DNA of 64,000 bases from Octopus sinensis. Lineage: Eukaryota. Below are positions 25,972 to 38,740 of this stretch, one piece after another. The stretch is taken from assembly GCF_006345805.1 (NCBI RefSeq), contig NC_043003.1, positions 98,022,001-98,086,000 of the forward strand, read 5' to 3'. The position numbers and the translations under genes were made by a program. A model generated the notes under the pieces. The model did no database searches. It was not told the origin of the DNA and saw only the letters and a list, made by a program, of their open reading frames with translations. Within the stretch, counting starts at the first letter, position 1, and every line of letters begins with the position of its first letter.

Positions 25972-27676
25972 GAAAGAATTGGTTACCACAATTCTCTTTT
26001 GACCAATTCTTTCTCCACCACCAAACTTTCTTTAAGTACATTTCAATAGCGATCTGTTGTTCCTACTAAGTGTTTCGAGAGTTGTGAGTTCAATAAAAGA
26101 TTACATTCTTGGAGACTGACTTTAATTTAGATGTTAACACTCAACAACTGGAAAGCATTACAGCCTGCCTCAAGCAAGGAAATAAACGGTGCTGTAGCAT
26201 GGTATTTCGTTCTTTCTGCGTTTCTTTTAGACATGGTCTAGTAGTTTGTGGAAGATTTGGCTGCTATTTCTAGCAGATTGAGATTCCACGTAAAGATTTT
26301 GTGTGATGATCGGCTCAAATTTCATCACTTTAAATACTTGTAACTCTTTATTATTAATTACTAGGAAAAAAAATCGAGATTTTCGACATCGGCATACAAA
26401 ACATTAGAACTACATTAAAAAAAAATTAATTTGGTGAAAATGTGAAAAACTTCAAGTGGTTACAGGAAATTTTAATAAGATCCGCCTATAGTTTCTGTCG
26501 ACATCGTTTAACATAAGTTCGCAATTAAACACTTAAATATGTGTCGATAGATGTTAGCAAAGATTTTGACCCTCTTTACCACATACTAATATGCTAAAAC
26601 TAATTTATATTAAACTTCACTCCTAGAAAGAGCCCCGCGCCGACTGATACCGTGTATGTGTGATAAAGTGTTTATTTAATCATGTCCATAAGGAGAACGG
26701 TCATCAGGTACATAATGAAATTCTACCTCTAACAAGGAATATACATCAACATACTCAGATATCACTTTACCCACACACATGTATTTCTGTACTTTTAACT
26801 CTACATTCTTCTCAACAAATGATCTTATTGAATTATCTTATTGTCCATATTCTTACTGATGTAAACGATCGTCAGAATTCTTGAAGATTCCAGATTTTAG
26901 CCCGTTGTTCTCCTCGTGGTTCATTAGGACATCACCGACAATCACGTGTCGGTTAAGTCGAGAGATTCCCCGCTCTCTAACTCCATTGATGACTGATCAA
27001 CCTCAAGGACGTCTGCCTATTTTTTGAAAGAAACACCTGCCGCAATAAGTTAGTTATGCAAGTTATTCAAATTAGATTAGATCGTAAGAACGTGGGTGGG
27101 GAACTTAACCTGTACTTCCACTTTTGTGTTTAATGATTTTTATCTTAGGGACATGCTATAATGTTTTCTTTAGCGATGGGGGAGAAATTGGAGCCAGTGA
27201 AGGAGCTTCTATGTGGTCGCTCAGTTTGCTAGAAATAGCAACTTTCTCCAATCACACTCGACTCTACTTTTATGGAGACAAATAGAAGTCATATTGGGTG
27301 ACGTCGTTTTAGGATCTTTTCGGTTTGCCTTTTAATTTTCAACTCCTTTAATTTTGATCCATTTGATGTATTGATGTAGTTTTGTATACTAATTAAGGAA
27401 TGACAGCTTCCAAATCTTACTTTCTGTTTGGGTAAAAATTATCAAATTTTAAACCTTGTAACTTCTTTTTTAATTTCTGGAACAATTGAACAACGTCATC
27501 AAATTTAGCGTGAAAAATTACACTTAATTTTAAGGCTTCAAAAATTTTCAGTTAATTTTAAGGCTTCAAAAAGTAAAGGAAAACAAAAGATCCTAGTTTG
27601 AAAGATAATAAATAAGTAAACCCGAGGGCTACCGCCTTCTGTTCCCCCAAAAATTGAATTATGGTCTAGTGACACG

Positions 27677-27811
27677 AGCGTAGCTAAAGTGTGTGCCTCC
27701 TGGGGCGGCCTTTCGGTATGCTGCCCCTGGGCCCCCACGAAAAATACATATTGCCTACAGCAGATCCAAAACTGGTGCCACCTGGGGCGGATCGCTCCCT
27801 CTAGCTACGCT
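27677..27811. mobile_element. Short GC-rich MITE-like remnant
   Basis: AGCGTAGCTA / TAGCTACGCT inverted ends with internal CCTGGGGC repeats. No clear TSD. Confidence 0.4.
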
Positions 27812-28165
27812 AGTATAGCCATCAATGGAGTATGCGTCTGTTGAATCAGTTTATCTGGATTTAAATAGCTCTTTCAACTAATAGGTACAAGGCCTGAAAT
27901 TTTGGGGTAGGGGGCTAGTTGAATACATCGACACCAGTGCTCGACTTGTACTTATTTTATCGACTCCGAAAGGATGAAAGACAAAATCTATGTCTGGTAT
28001 TTGAACTCAGAACGTAAAGCCAAAAGAAATACTACTAAGCGTTTTGTCCGACGCACTAACGATTATGCCATCTCGCTGCTTTGATCTGGTTTTAAATAAC
28101 AATTGCCCTCTCACCTTACTACACTTCTACACCTAGAAAATCTTTTCGACTGGTACTGAAGAGCA

Positions 28166-28392
28166 AAGCTGGCAGAATCGTTAGCACGCCGGGCGAAATG
28201 CTTAGCGGTATTTCGTCTGCTGCTACATTCTGAGTTCAAATTCCGCCGAGGTCGACTTTGCCTTTCATCCTTTCGGGGTCGATTAAATGAGTACCAGTTA
28301 CGCACAGGGGTCGATGTAATCGACTTAATCCCTTTGTCTGTCCTTGTTTGTCCTCTCTGTGTTTAGCCCCTTGTGGGTAGTAAAGAAATATA
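28166..28392 (+). mobile_element. SINE family B, well-preserved copy
   Basis: A-box-like TGGCAGAATCG and B-box-like GAGTTCAAATTCC. Near-identical to 34726-34958, 46265-46497, 49817-50205. Confidence 0.85.
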
Positions 28393-29761
28393 TTTTAATT
28401 CAGAACATAAAGGCATGTAATAAGATATCTCAAGGTCAAGGCATTTTATCTGGTACTTTATCAGTTCTGCTGCTCTAATGTCTCTTCAAGTGTCATAAAT
28501 AATAGGTAGTTACAAAGGCCGGCAATTTCAGGAGAGGAAATTAACCGCAAAATATTTATCTTAATGCCTTAACATTTCTGCCTGTCAACCAACTTTTCAA
28601 ATAACGGTTTCAAATTTTGGACTAAAGCCAGCAAGTTTGGAGTAGTGAGTCGATTACATCGATTCCAGTACTCAACTGGTATTTAATTATATCGACTCTG
28701 AAAAGATGAAAGTCAAAGGTTGGCCTCCTTGGGATTTAAACTCAAAGAGTAGGGGAAAATGTACTGGAAAGCATTTTTTGCGATACTCTAACAGTTCTGC
28801 CAGTCCGCTTGCTTTTTTTCTTTCGAATCTTTATAAATAGTTTCAGTAATTTTGTGGGAGAGAGGATAATCGACACCAGCGATCCCAGTACTTGACTGGT
28901 ACCTTATTTTATTGACTCCCGAAACAAGGAAGGGCAAAGTTGACTTCGGCAGGATTTGAACTCTGAGCTTAAAGAGTCAGAAGAAATATCGCAAGACATT
29001 TTTTTCCCGACGCTTTGACGATTCTACCAACCCGCTACCTCGTCTTTACAAATAATAAACAAGAATTTGGGTACGAGGGACCCCACTTTTATAGGAGTTT
29101 ACTTGTGCCAACAAGGGCCACCGAAATGTAGGAAAATCACAAAATGTTTAGTGTTATTTGTCATTATTGTTTAGCTCCAAATCAGCTGGTGTAGATTTCG
29201 ATAATATCGGGATTTATTGTTTTAAAAAATGGTGGCCGCGCTTACATACAAAATGACATATCACAAATATCTACCAGATGAAACGTGTAATTTTGAAAAA
29301 GAAAATGCAGTGTGTGTGTGTGCGCGCACACACACACACCGGTGTTTTCCTTTGTTTTTTGTTTTACACATTAAATTCCGATACCATCTTAAAGGTATTT
29401 GTAAGAAATTTCATTAAAAATTACCCATTTTTCTGAAAACTATGAGGAAACAAAGTCGATTCGCGTGAATTATCCAAATCTCCCCCAATTTTTTTTCATC
29501 AAAAATTCTGATGTAATCAGAATTTACACTATGTCAAAGGAATTTGTAGAAAATTTCATCAGAAAATCTCTATTTTTCTGAAAGTTATGAGACAAAGTTG
29601 TGGTGGGGGAATACTTGTGAAGTTACGCTCCGAATTCTAAACTATTACACTCGAGAGACGGCTGTAATAGTTGATCGGCAGACTTTCGAAATAATTATTG
29701 CTGGAGAAGAGAATCAGTAAGAATTTACTGTGGAAAAGGCACGGAATAGACAGGCCAAATA

Positions 29762-30347
29762 TCTTTATATATAAAAGAGAAGTTGTGTGTCTGTCTCCTA
29801 CGATTTAGATTCCTAACTACTCCCACATTTTGCGGTGCAGTTTAACCAAAACCGAGTATCTTATAGTCGTGATTCATATCGAGCCCTTCTGGGTATTAGC
29901 GCGCGTCTACGATTAAAAAAAAAATTTACCATCATTTTTTTCCATTTTAATGCATTTTTTCGCTATTATATAAGGGAAGTAACTCTCTAAAAATGTCTAC
30001 GATGAGTCAACGATTTAAAAAAAATTACCATCATTTTTTTCCATTTTAATGCATTTTTTCGCTATTATATAAGGGAAGTAACTCTCTAAAAATGTCTACG
30101 ATGAGTCAACGATTTAAAAAAAATTTACCATCATTTTTTTCCATTTTAATGCATTTTTTCGCTATTATATAAGGGAAGTAACTCTCTAAAAATGTCTACG
30201 ATTAGTCAACGATTTAAAAAAAAATTACCATAATTTTTTTTCCATTTTTAATGCATTTTTTTGCTATTTTTTTGGCTATAACTCTCTAAAAATGCTTATA
30301 TAATTATTTCCCTTACAAACCCGAGCAACGCCGGGCGATACTGCTAG
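29762..30347 (+). mobile_element. Non-autonomous Helitron with internal ~100-bp tandem array (about 4 units)
   Basis: A|TCTTTATATATAAAA 5' end. 3' hairpin CCCGAGCAACGCCGGG then CTAG|T. No TSD. Second copy at 54439-54953. Confidence 0.9.
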
Positions 30348-31346
30348 TATTTTTTAAAAATCAAATATTGCGAACAAAAAATTCTTTCACAAAAGGAAAC
30401 TATCACAATTCCTTCCTCTTTTCTTTATCCATGAGGCAGAGATAGCTATTTTGAAAGTCCACCGATCGATTATTACATCCACCCAAGAGTGTGTGTAACA
30501 GCTTGTGTAATAATCCTTTAATTTAAAAAAAAAAAATGGCTGTTGATAATAGGAAAGTACTGATTTTCCAATTATAACAATCAGGCTTTAATGGGTTTTT
30601 TTTTTCTTTTAAAGACTGGTAAGGTGGGATTTCAATGAGATTCGACTAGCTATAGGTTAAGCGACCGCTTAGTGGCTCCTGCATTGACTCGTGTGAACTT
30701 TACATAGGTTTCAGTCAGGATTGAACCAGCTCATATCTAACTCAATAGCATGAGTGGGTTGCTATTTCTAGCAAACAGAGCGACCACTGAGAAGCATTCT
30801 CGTTCGAGTTGACTTCTCTTCGTCTCGGCAGATGAATGTATAACTACGTATTCGGTTAACAGTGGATATGAAGATATTCAAATTTTACAGTATTTGGCGG
30901 AGAGACTAATAATACTTCCCTCTATCCGCCCTTTCTCTCTACTTCTCTCTCTCGTTCGTCTTTTACTCTCTCTCCTTTTCTTCCCTCCCCCTCACTCTGA
31001 TTCTCTCTCTCCCTCACCCCTCAACTTCGATTGGTACGAAGAAAAACAGAAAACAATAAAACAACACAGGCAAAATCTAAATAGAGCAAGTGATGCACAC
31101 GTGTAGAGATATGTATATATGTATGGTATGTATGTATGTATGTATGTATGTATGTGTGTATGTATGTATGTATGTGCGAGCGCGTGGGCGTGTATGTATG
31201 TGTGTGCGCGAGAGCGTGTGTATGCGAGCGCGTGCGCGTTATGTATGCATGCATGTATGTAAACATAAGTTTGGTGATGAAAAATATATTTTTTTATTCT
31301 TTTACTTCTTCCAGTCATTTGACTGCGGCCATGCTAGAGCACCTTA

Positions 31347-31465
<119 letters not shown>

Positions 31466-31520
31466 CAAATAAATGAGAGAATGGAGTTGAACAACGAATT
31501 AACAAAATTCCTTTATTTTA

Positions 31521-31603
31521 TTTTCGACATATGTTTCGAAGGCTGCATATTCCTAATTTCGAAGGAATAAGGGGTGCATTATGCCGCCTTCTCATCAGGA
31601 AAA
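31521..31603 (-). ncRNA. Type I hammerhead ribozyme motif, canonical core
   Basis: Minus strand: UUUUC-CUGAUGA-GAAGGC..GCCUUC-GAAAC-AUAU-GUC-GAAAA. All core nucleotides are present and stems I, II and III are complementary. Confidence 0.85.
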
Positions 31604-31687
31604 AAAAATCGCTATGGGCTCCGTGTGGGCAGGCATCTAAAAATGTTTGTGCATCTTGATGCTGACATAAGTTCCTTACTTTTCCTG

Positions 31688-32341
31688 ACAATTTCTAGTT
31701 AAACTTTTAAACTTCGTATACTGGTAGAATGTGTCAAAATAAAACATTTTTTTCTCTTGGCTTTCTTGAGTAAATTGTAATTTGGAAGTTAAACGTAGTT
31801 TAATTTTTCGAATTTTAACCAATCCTATGGCCTCTATTGAGCTAAAATCATTTGCTGCGTCTAAAACTGAGACAACATCCTGTCACTAATCCTAACTCTA
31901 ACCCTCACCCTAAATTTTAGCCTTTCGGTTTTTTTTTCTTAATTGTTAAATTAATTTAATTGTTACGCGTGTCTAAAACTATTCGTTTTGTTTTTGTTTT
32001 GAGTTTTTGCTTTAGTTTTTTTTTCTTAATTGTTATCCTTAAATTAATTTAACAATTAAGAAAAAAAAAAAACGAAAGGCTAAAATTTAGGGTTAGGGTT
32101 AGAGTTAGTGACAGGATGTTGTCTGTTTTAGACGCAGCAAATGATTTTAGCTCAATAGAGGCCATAGGATTGGTTAAAATTCGAAAAATTAAACTACGTT
32201 AAACTTACAAATTACCATTATCTCAAGAAAGCCAAGAGAAAAAATGTTTTATTTTGACACATTCTACCAGTATACGAAGTTTAAAAGTGTTTAGTTAACT
32301 AGAAATTGTGTTGAAAACTGCCGTTCAAAAGGAAAAGATCC
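31688..32341. mobile_element. Fold-back DNA element with ~270-bp inverted arms containing TTAGGG-like units
   Basis: 31691-31958 is the reverse complement of 32041-32308. ~80-bp T-rich spacer. The left terminus appears truncated. Confidence 0.85.
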
Positions 32342-32839
32342 CGACGTGCTCCTTTCAGTTACTGTCTATCACAGGTTTGGTCGGCTCTAGGCTATAGCAA
32401 AAAACGTTAGCTGATGGCGCTACGCAGTGAGACTGAACGCGGAACAATATGGCTAGTAAGCACGCTTCTTACCACACAGCCACGGCTATTGGCAAGTGAA
32501 ACGAAAATATTATTTAAGTTAATTATGATTGTATATTGTCAATGTCTTCCCTAATTTATAATTATAATTTATGAGTAATTTTCGGAACGGTTGGCGTTAA
32601 GAAGGGCATCCAGCTGTAGAAACTTCGCTAGATCAGATTGGAGCCTGGTGCAGCCTTCTGGCTTCCCAGCCCTCAGTCAAACCGTCCAACCCATGCCAGC
32701 ATGGAACACGGACGTTAAACGTCAACGATGATGATGATGATGAGGTAATTTAATATTTTAAATCTCGCTATGTTTGTAACGTCTGACAAATGATCCTACT
32801 CTCAAATGTTCAATTCATCACTGTTAAATTTTGCGAACT

Positions 32840-33109
32840 CCACTTGGGTGCGTTGTGTGGTGCCATATTTTTCTATAATCAATTTCCAGGACCTAGTCCA
32901 TAAAATCCCTGAATAGAAAAGAAAAAGGTCAAAAAAAAAAAAATTATCAAAAATTGTAACCCCTATGGCCCAAAAGTCGTTGAGGGGTTGCAATTTGTGA
33001 TAATTCTTTTATTTTTTGACCTTTTTCTTTTCTTTTCAGGGATTTTATGGACTAGGTCTCGGAAATTAATTATGGGAAAATATGGCACCGCACAACGCAC
33101 CCAAGGGTG
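32840..33109. mobile_element. Palindromic MITE-like element, ~270 bp
   Basis: CTTGGGTGCGTTGTG...AATTGTAACCCCT pairs with AGGGGTTGCAATT...CACAACGCACCCAAG. Loop is ~18 nt. Confidence 0.8.
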
Positions 33110-34725
33110 AAATTGTTCTATCAAAATCAGGGGGTCAATTATTCAAACCCAAAGAGCATATCGTCGGCACTTGCTTATCAGAGTTAACTCCCTTAGATTA
33201 GTGTTGGAAATTTAGCTACTCGTACGTATAGGCACAAGTCCAGAAATCTTGTGGGAGGGTGCGAGTCAATTACATCGACTAGTACTTATTTCATTGACCT
33301 CAAAGGGATGAAAGGCCAAATCGATCTCGACGGAATTTGAACTCAGAACGTAAAGAACCGGAAGGAAGTATTTTGTATAGCGAGCTGCTTTAACTTAGCC
33401 ACTGTGCGCTCGTCTGTGTGTGTGTGTATGTCTGTGTTTGTGCCCCATCATCACTTGACAACCGGTGTTGGTGTGTTTACATCCTCGTAAGCTAGCGGTT
33501 CGGCAAAAGGAAATAGATTAAGTACCGGACGTATTCAGGGGTCAATTCGTTCGACTAAAATTCTACAAGGCGGAGCCCCAGCATGGCCACAGTCTAATGA
33601 TTGAAACAAGTAAAGGATAAATAATGAAAAGAAAAGATGTGTGGGCATGTCCCATTGCCGCTTGACAACCGGTATTGGCTTGTTTACATCCCTCGTAAAC
33701 TAGCGGTTCAGCAAAAGGAACAGATTGAGTAGCAAGTTTAAGAAAAAAGAAAGTACTAAGGCCGATATGTACGACTTAAAACCTTTCGAGACGACAACCC
33801 CTGCAAAAGCTACAAACCAAAAAACTGAAAACATAATTGCATGGGTGGCTTGTAGTGATAGTCACGGTAGGAAACTATGCTTCCATTGCTGATACTATCC
33901 GTCGGTCGCAATTCCTGACAAAAGTATCACATTTTTTTCCCCTCTTCTAAGTGGAGGTGATATTTGAACTTAGAACCGGAACGGATAAAGGAAGGTATGC
34001 CGTCCGAATCCACCACTCTGCAGTTCTGGAACTAATACCTATATGTAACTGTGAGGTAAGAAGTTTACTTCCCAACTACATAGTTCCGGGTTCAGTCCTA
34101 CTGCGTAACACATTGAGCAAGTGTTTTCTGCTTACAACTTCGGGCTGACCAAAGTGAGTGGATTTGGTAGACGGAAACTGGAAGAAGCCCGAAGTGTGTG
34201 TGTGTGTGTATGTATTTGTTCCCCACCACCGCTTGACAACAGGTGTGTGTTCGGTAAAAGAGACCGATAGAATAAGGACCAGGCTTTACAAAAAAAAAAG
34301 TACTGAGGTCGACTAATTTCTTCAAGGCGGTGCCCCAGCAGGGCCGCAGTCGAATGACTGAAGCAAGTAAAAGAAAAGATAAAAGACGAGGTTGATCTGG
34401 AATACGAACTCAGAGTGCAGAGTTTCGCAACACAAAGCGCTAATCATTCTATCCGAGAGTCAAATTACTCTGCCAGATTGCCATCATCGACAGCCTCTGC
34501 CTATAAATTTTAGTTTACAGTTTACTTAATACATTTGATGCCACTCACATCGTTTTTATTTAGCATAACCCTTCATAACTTTTTTTTTCTTTGACATTTT
34601 CAGAAAAATTTTGCAATTTTTGTTCTATACACTGGATTTCATACAATCATGAAAAAAAAAAATTTGTGCGTAATTTAAGTGCGATTTATTAGTTATTTTT
34701 TGCACATCTCACGACCACCTAATAC

Positions 34726-34958
34726 CTATTTCTTTATTACCCACAAGGGGCTAAACACAGAGGGGACAAACAAGGACAGACATAGGTATTAAGTCGATTA
34801 CATCGACCCCAGTGCGTAACTGGTACTTAATTTATCGACCCCGAAAGGATGAAAGGCAAAGTCGACCTCGGCGGAATTCGAACTCACAACGTAACGCAGA
34901 CGAAATACCGCTAAGCATTTCGCCCGGCGTGCTAACGTTTCTGCCAGCTCGCCGCCTT
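34726..34958 (-). mobile_element. SINE family B, full-length copy
   Basis: Minus strand starts GGCGGCGAGCTGGCAGAAACGTTAGC. Matches 28166-28392. Confidence 0.85.
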
Positions 34959-36354
34959 ATACCTTCCTCGTTTCTTTGTTATTCTGACATGTATTGATGT
35001 TTTTCAATATTTTTCTCCCCATGAACACATTTGATGGAATGATGATGCACCCAACGGTGGTCCACTCTTGGAACTAAGTAAAAAAATTCGAAAAAGAGCG
35101 GAACTTTTAGGATAGGAGTGCGTGGGGTGGGGATCAATTTTTTTTAATATTTTCCTTTCATAATCATATGAATTCTCCTATGTAGAAAATTATCTCGAAA
35201 TTTCAAAAAATAAAAAAAAGTTATGAAGGTTTATATGGGATGCTTAAACGAGAATTCCGCGAAACATCGTTCCCTGAATACCCGAGTTCGCCCCTTGTGG
35301 GTAATAAAAAATCAGTTCCCTGAATACCCGACGGCTTCTGTTTTTCATGTTCTGATTTCGAATCGTGCTCTGAGCACCTTTACCCTTTACAACTCCTATG
35401 TTGACCATTGAAAGGAGTGGTTTGATTAATATTCCCATCATTCATCTTAGATGTGAACGGAATTATGAAAGAATGGCAAAACAACAGTATTTTCACTCCG
35501 TGAGAACTAAATTTAATTAAAGAAAGGCTTTGTAAAAACTAACATACACCTTGGATATATAGTCCTAGATTTACAATAAGATGGGATAATTGTAGCAGGA
35601 ATGTCTTTATTCAAATGTTTGCATAATTAGGATGAATCAGGGCCAACAACACTGTTCATTGATAGTCACAAGGGATCGTGTATGTATGAAAGTAGAGAAA
35701 GAGAGAAAATCATATATGTATATACGTATGATCACTTGTGTGTGAATGAATGAATATATGTGTGTGTGAGTGTATGTATCTATATATAAATACGTAGCGC
35801 TTATAATTTATTGCTTGTGTTCTTTTAATGGAATAAGGGAGGTAATTCATTAACTTTTTTTTTTTGGTATCTAACTAACGTAATTTGTAAAAACAGAAAA
35901 AAACATTCCTTTTAATTTTTATTCTATTGCTTCTGCAATTTATCCACAGTAATGACAGGGAAAGGCTCAAATTAAATAATTTAGATTCACAAAATCAGAA
36001 ACGAACCAAAATATGGTTACTGTAAGGAAATAATATGCACCGTTATTTGTAACTTTATTTATACAAAATATTTCATCCTTTTCTTGCTTCTGTCATTACA
36101 CTGCCTTGAGAAATTTTAGTCGAAGGAATCGACTCCATTACATTTTTAGATCTGGTACTCATTCTATCGGTCCTTTTGCCAACCGACTAAGTTATGGGGG
36201 AGACCAACACCGGTTGTAAAGCGGTGTACAGTATTAGATATCTACTGCAGTTGATCTTACCAATCAGTTTCACACTAGGAGTTCAGCGGGATGTGAGATA
36301 ACAGCTTGGTTATGTAAGCCTGTGCTCTTCAGATTTGGCAGTTATGGAAGAAAA

Positions 36355-37647
36355 TATGGTAACTAAAGGTTCTTCCAATATATTGGCAGCTCTAAATGGA
36401 GCCATGTCTGTTTGAGGCAGCCAGCCTTTCTTAACATAATGGTTTACTTGGTCTCTACTATCCCACATCCAAAGAAAGCATGAGTATTTGTTATAACCAG
36501 ATTGCTGTCCCATGAGAAAACTTAGCATCTTTGAGCCAACGCAGATGAGACATCTATGATCATGATACAGTATCTTCTCTAAAACCAAATTTCTTCATAT
36601 TTTTCCTTCAGAGTTGTTGAGTGATCATACACATTTCTGTTGTGCAACAATACACATTTTAAACTACGCTTAGAGCTGTCTGTGGAAAGATGCCATCCCT
36701 CTGGTTTGTATTCATCAATGCCAAGTTTATTAAGAAACCCATGACACCTCTGCTGTAAAGCAGCTCTTCCTGTTTTGTGAAGAAAGAAAGGAACTCTTCA
36801 TGCTGACTCCGATAAAAGAAGATTCTTCTCTTTCAGTCAGGAAGCCAACAGTTCTGCAGAAGTTTTTGGGAGGTTCAAGTCATGAACTAGATCATTCAGC
36901 TCTACCTGGGAGAATAGCTGAGGTAAAGTCTTCAGATGATGAATCTTGTTTTGTTGAGGGTAAAGTTATCTGAGGCAAGACGTTGAAGACAAGAACAGGA
37001 AGCTCTTCACTGTGCAAAGCCAGCTTAATATCAAAGGCAAGATTAGGATAGGCAAGCGTTTTTTGATCTTTCCAGTTAATACCCTTCAAATTTAGGTTAC
37101 AAAAATAGCAGTCATTCACATGATTAAAGGGCTCCTGCCATACCATTGGTATAGCAAACCTCATACATTTTTGTGTCCCTTTAGTCCATTGTCGCAAATA
37201 TTCTGGACATTGTTTGCAGCCATTGTGCAGTGCCCAATATTCATCTTGTCTCCCAGCATGACCCCAAAATATGCCATATATACTCTTTCAACAAAATCAG
37301 TGATATTTTTTCGATTTTCAGGTAATGTATATTCTCTACAAACATAACAAAACACATTTGGAGAACTAATGCAACACTTTCTTGAAGAGGACCTCTTGCT
37401 CATTTTCTGTTGCTTAGTTCACGACAACATCTAAAAAGTATGGAAAAAGGAAAAACCTTAGAATTAGAATAAGGTAATGAACACTGCGTACTGGACGTAT
37501 ACACATACATTGTGGCTGTAGGGATGTTCAATAACTTAAAAACTAGATCTGATAGGTCAAAAAGAAGGTTATATTTGGATTCAGGAGACTGATTTTGTGT
37601 AGGAATGATGCCTATTTCTTAAACACCAAAAACCTTATAGACCAGTG
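36355..37647 (-). mobile_element. Decayed CMC-superfamily (Chapaev3-like) DNA transposon, 5' end and transposase N-terminal half
   Basis: Frameshifted peptides FCYVCREY..YFGVMLGDK, FAIPMVWQEPFNHVNDCYFC and ICVGSKMLSFLMGQQSGYNKYSCFLWMWDSR. Terminus TAA|CACTGG on the minus strand at 37647. Family assignment is from motif recall, not a search. Confidence 0.65.
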
Positions 37648-38229
37648 TTATATATAGCTGGAAAGATAATATAGAAGTGAGTAATAAGAGGTAAGTGAAA
37701 AGTAGTGTCAGGGGATTAACTAGAGAGAAGGGTAAGAGAAAGTGAGATAGAATGGTGAGAGTAGATTGAATAGGAGATGTAGGGCTACCTCACATTATAT
37801 ATGGATGGATAGAGTGGTTCATGGAAGAAATATAAAATGATGAGGAACCAGAATGTATCTGTTTAAGAGAGCACAGTGACTAGAAAGTCAGAGAAGGTGA
37901 GCAAGGGTTGTTAGAGTGCAATTCTTCCCTATACAGGTATTATAACTCAGGAGGAAAGAAAAAGGAAGGGTGGTAGAGATATGAGGGAGAAATATTCAAT
38001 ATGCACAAATTGAGTATTTTCTTTCCATATATGCAAGGCATGGAATACAGTAAATAGAAGAGATAAGAAGATACAGAATAAGTACAGCATGTGGAATAGA
38101 TGGTGGGAGTATAGAATGAGAAAGAGACAGTAAATGAATAAGTGAACAATACAGTAGGCAAAGGGGTGGGCTGCATGCACTATCCACCACATCAACAAAT
38201 ATTTTGTCAAACTTGCACAAGGCTGAGTC

Positions 38230-38450
38230 TTCCGCATATCACCTATTGACACAGTCCTCCGTCATTTCTTTTGTCAGCTGTACCGTCATTTTTCATGAGA
38301 TCACTTTTTACCCTCTCACCCAGAGTCTTTGGTCTCCCAATTCCACTGGTACCAATTAACTTTGAGTGCTAACTATTTACTTATGTAACTATCATCATCT
38401 TCCATCCGCATCACATGTCCATACCATCATAATCTCTCTTACACACTACA
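38230..38450 (-). mobile_element. RTE-type LINE 3' remnant
   Basis: Minus strand reads RL*WYGHVMRMEDD, the typical RTE ORF C-terminal motif. Confidence 0.6.
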
Positions 38451-38458
38451 TCTGACGG

Positions 38459-38740
38459 ATCCATACAGGAGAGAAGCCATATCATTGTGATATCTGTGAT
38501 AAATCTTTCTCTTTAAGTAGTAATCTAACTAAACATAAACTGGTTCATACAGGAAAGACACCATATCACTGTAATATCTGTGGTAAATCATTTTCTGAAA
38601 CACATATTTTAATTTCACACAAACGGACACATACAGGGGAAAAGCCATATCAGTTTGATATCTGTGGTAAATCATTTTTTCAGAAAGGCACTCTAACTCA
38701 ACACAAAAGAATTCATACAGTGGAGGAGCCATACCACTAA
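38459..38740 (+). pseudogene. C2H2 zinc-finger array fragment (about 3 fingers), disabled
   Basis: [73 protein letters not shown], then a frameshift to [19 protein letters not shown]. Third finger has Cys->Phe. No start codon. Confidence 0.9.

Noticed and set aside
28166-28250. tRNA-like sequences (also 57192, 57900, 53900)
   Set aside because: These are SINE heads with A/B boxes but no complete cloverleaf; they continue into SINE bodies.
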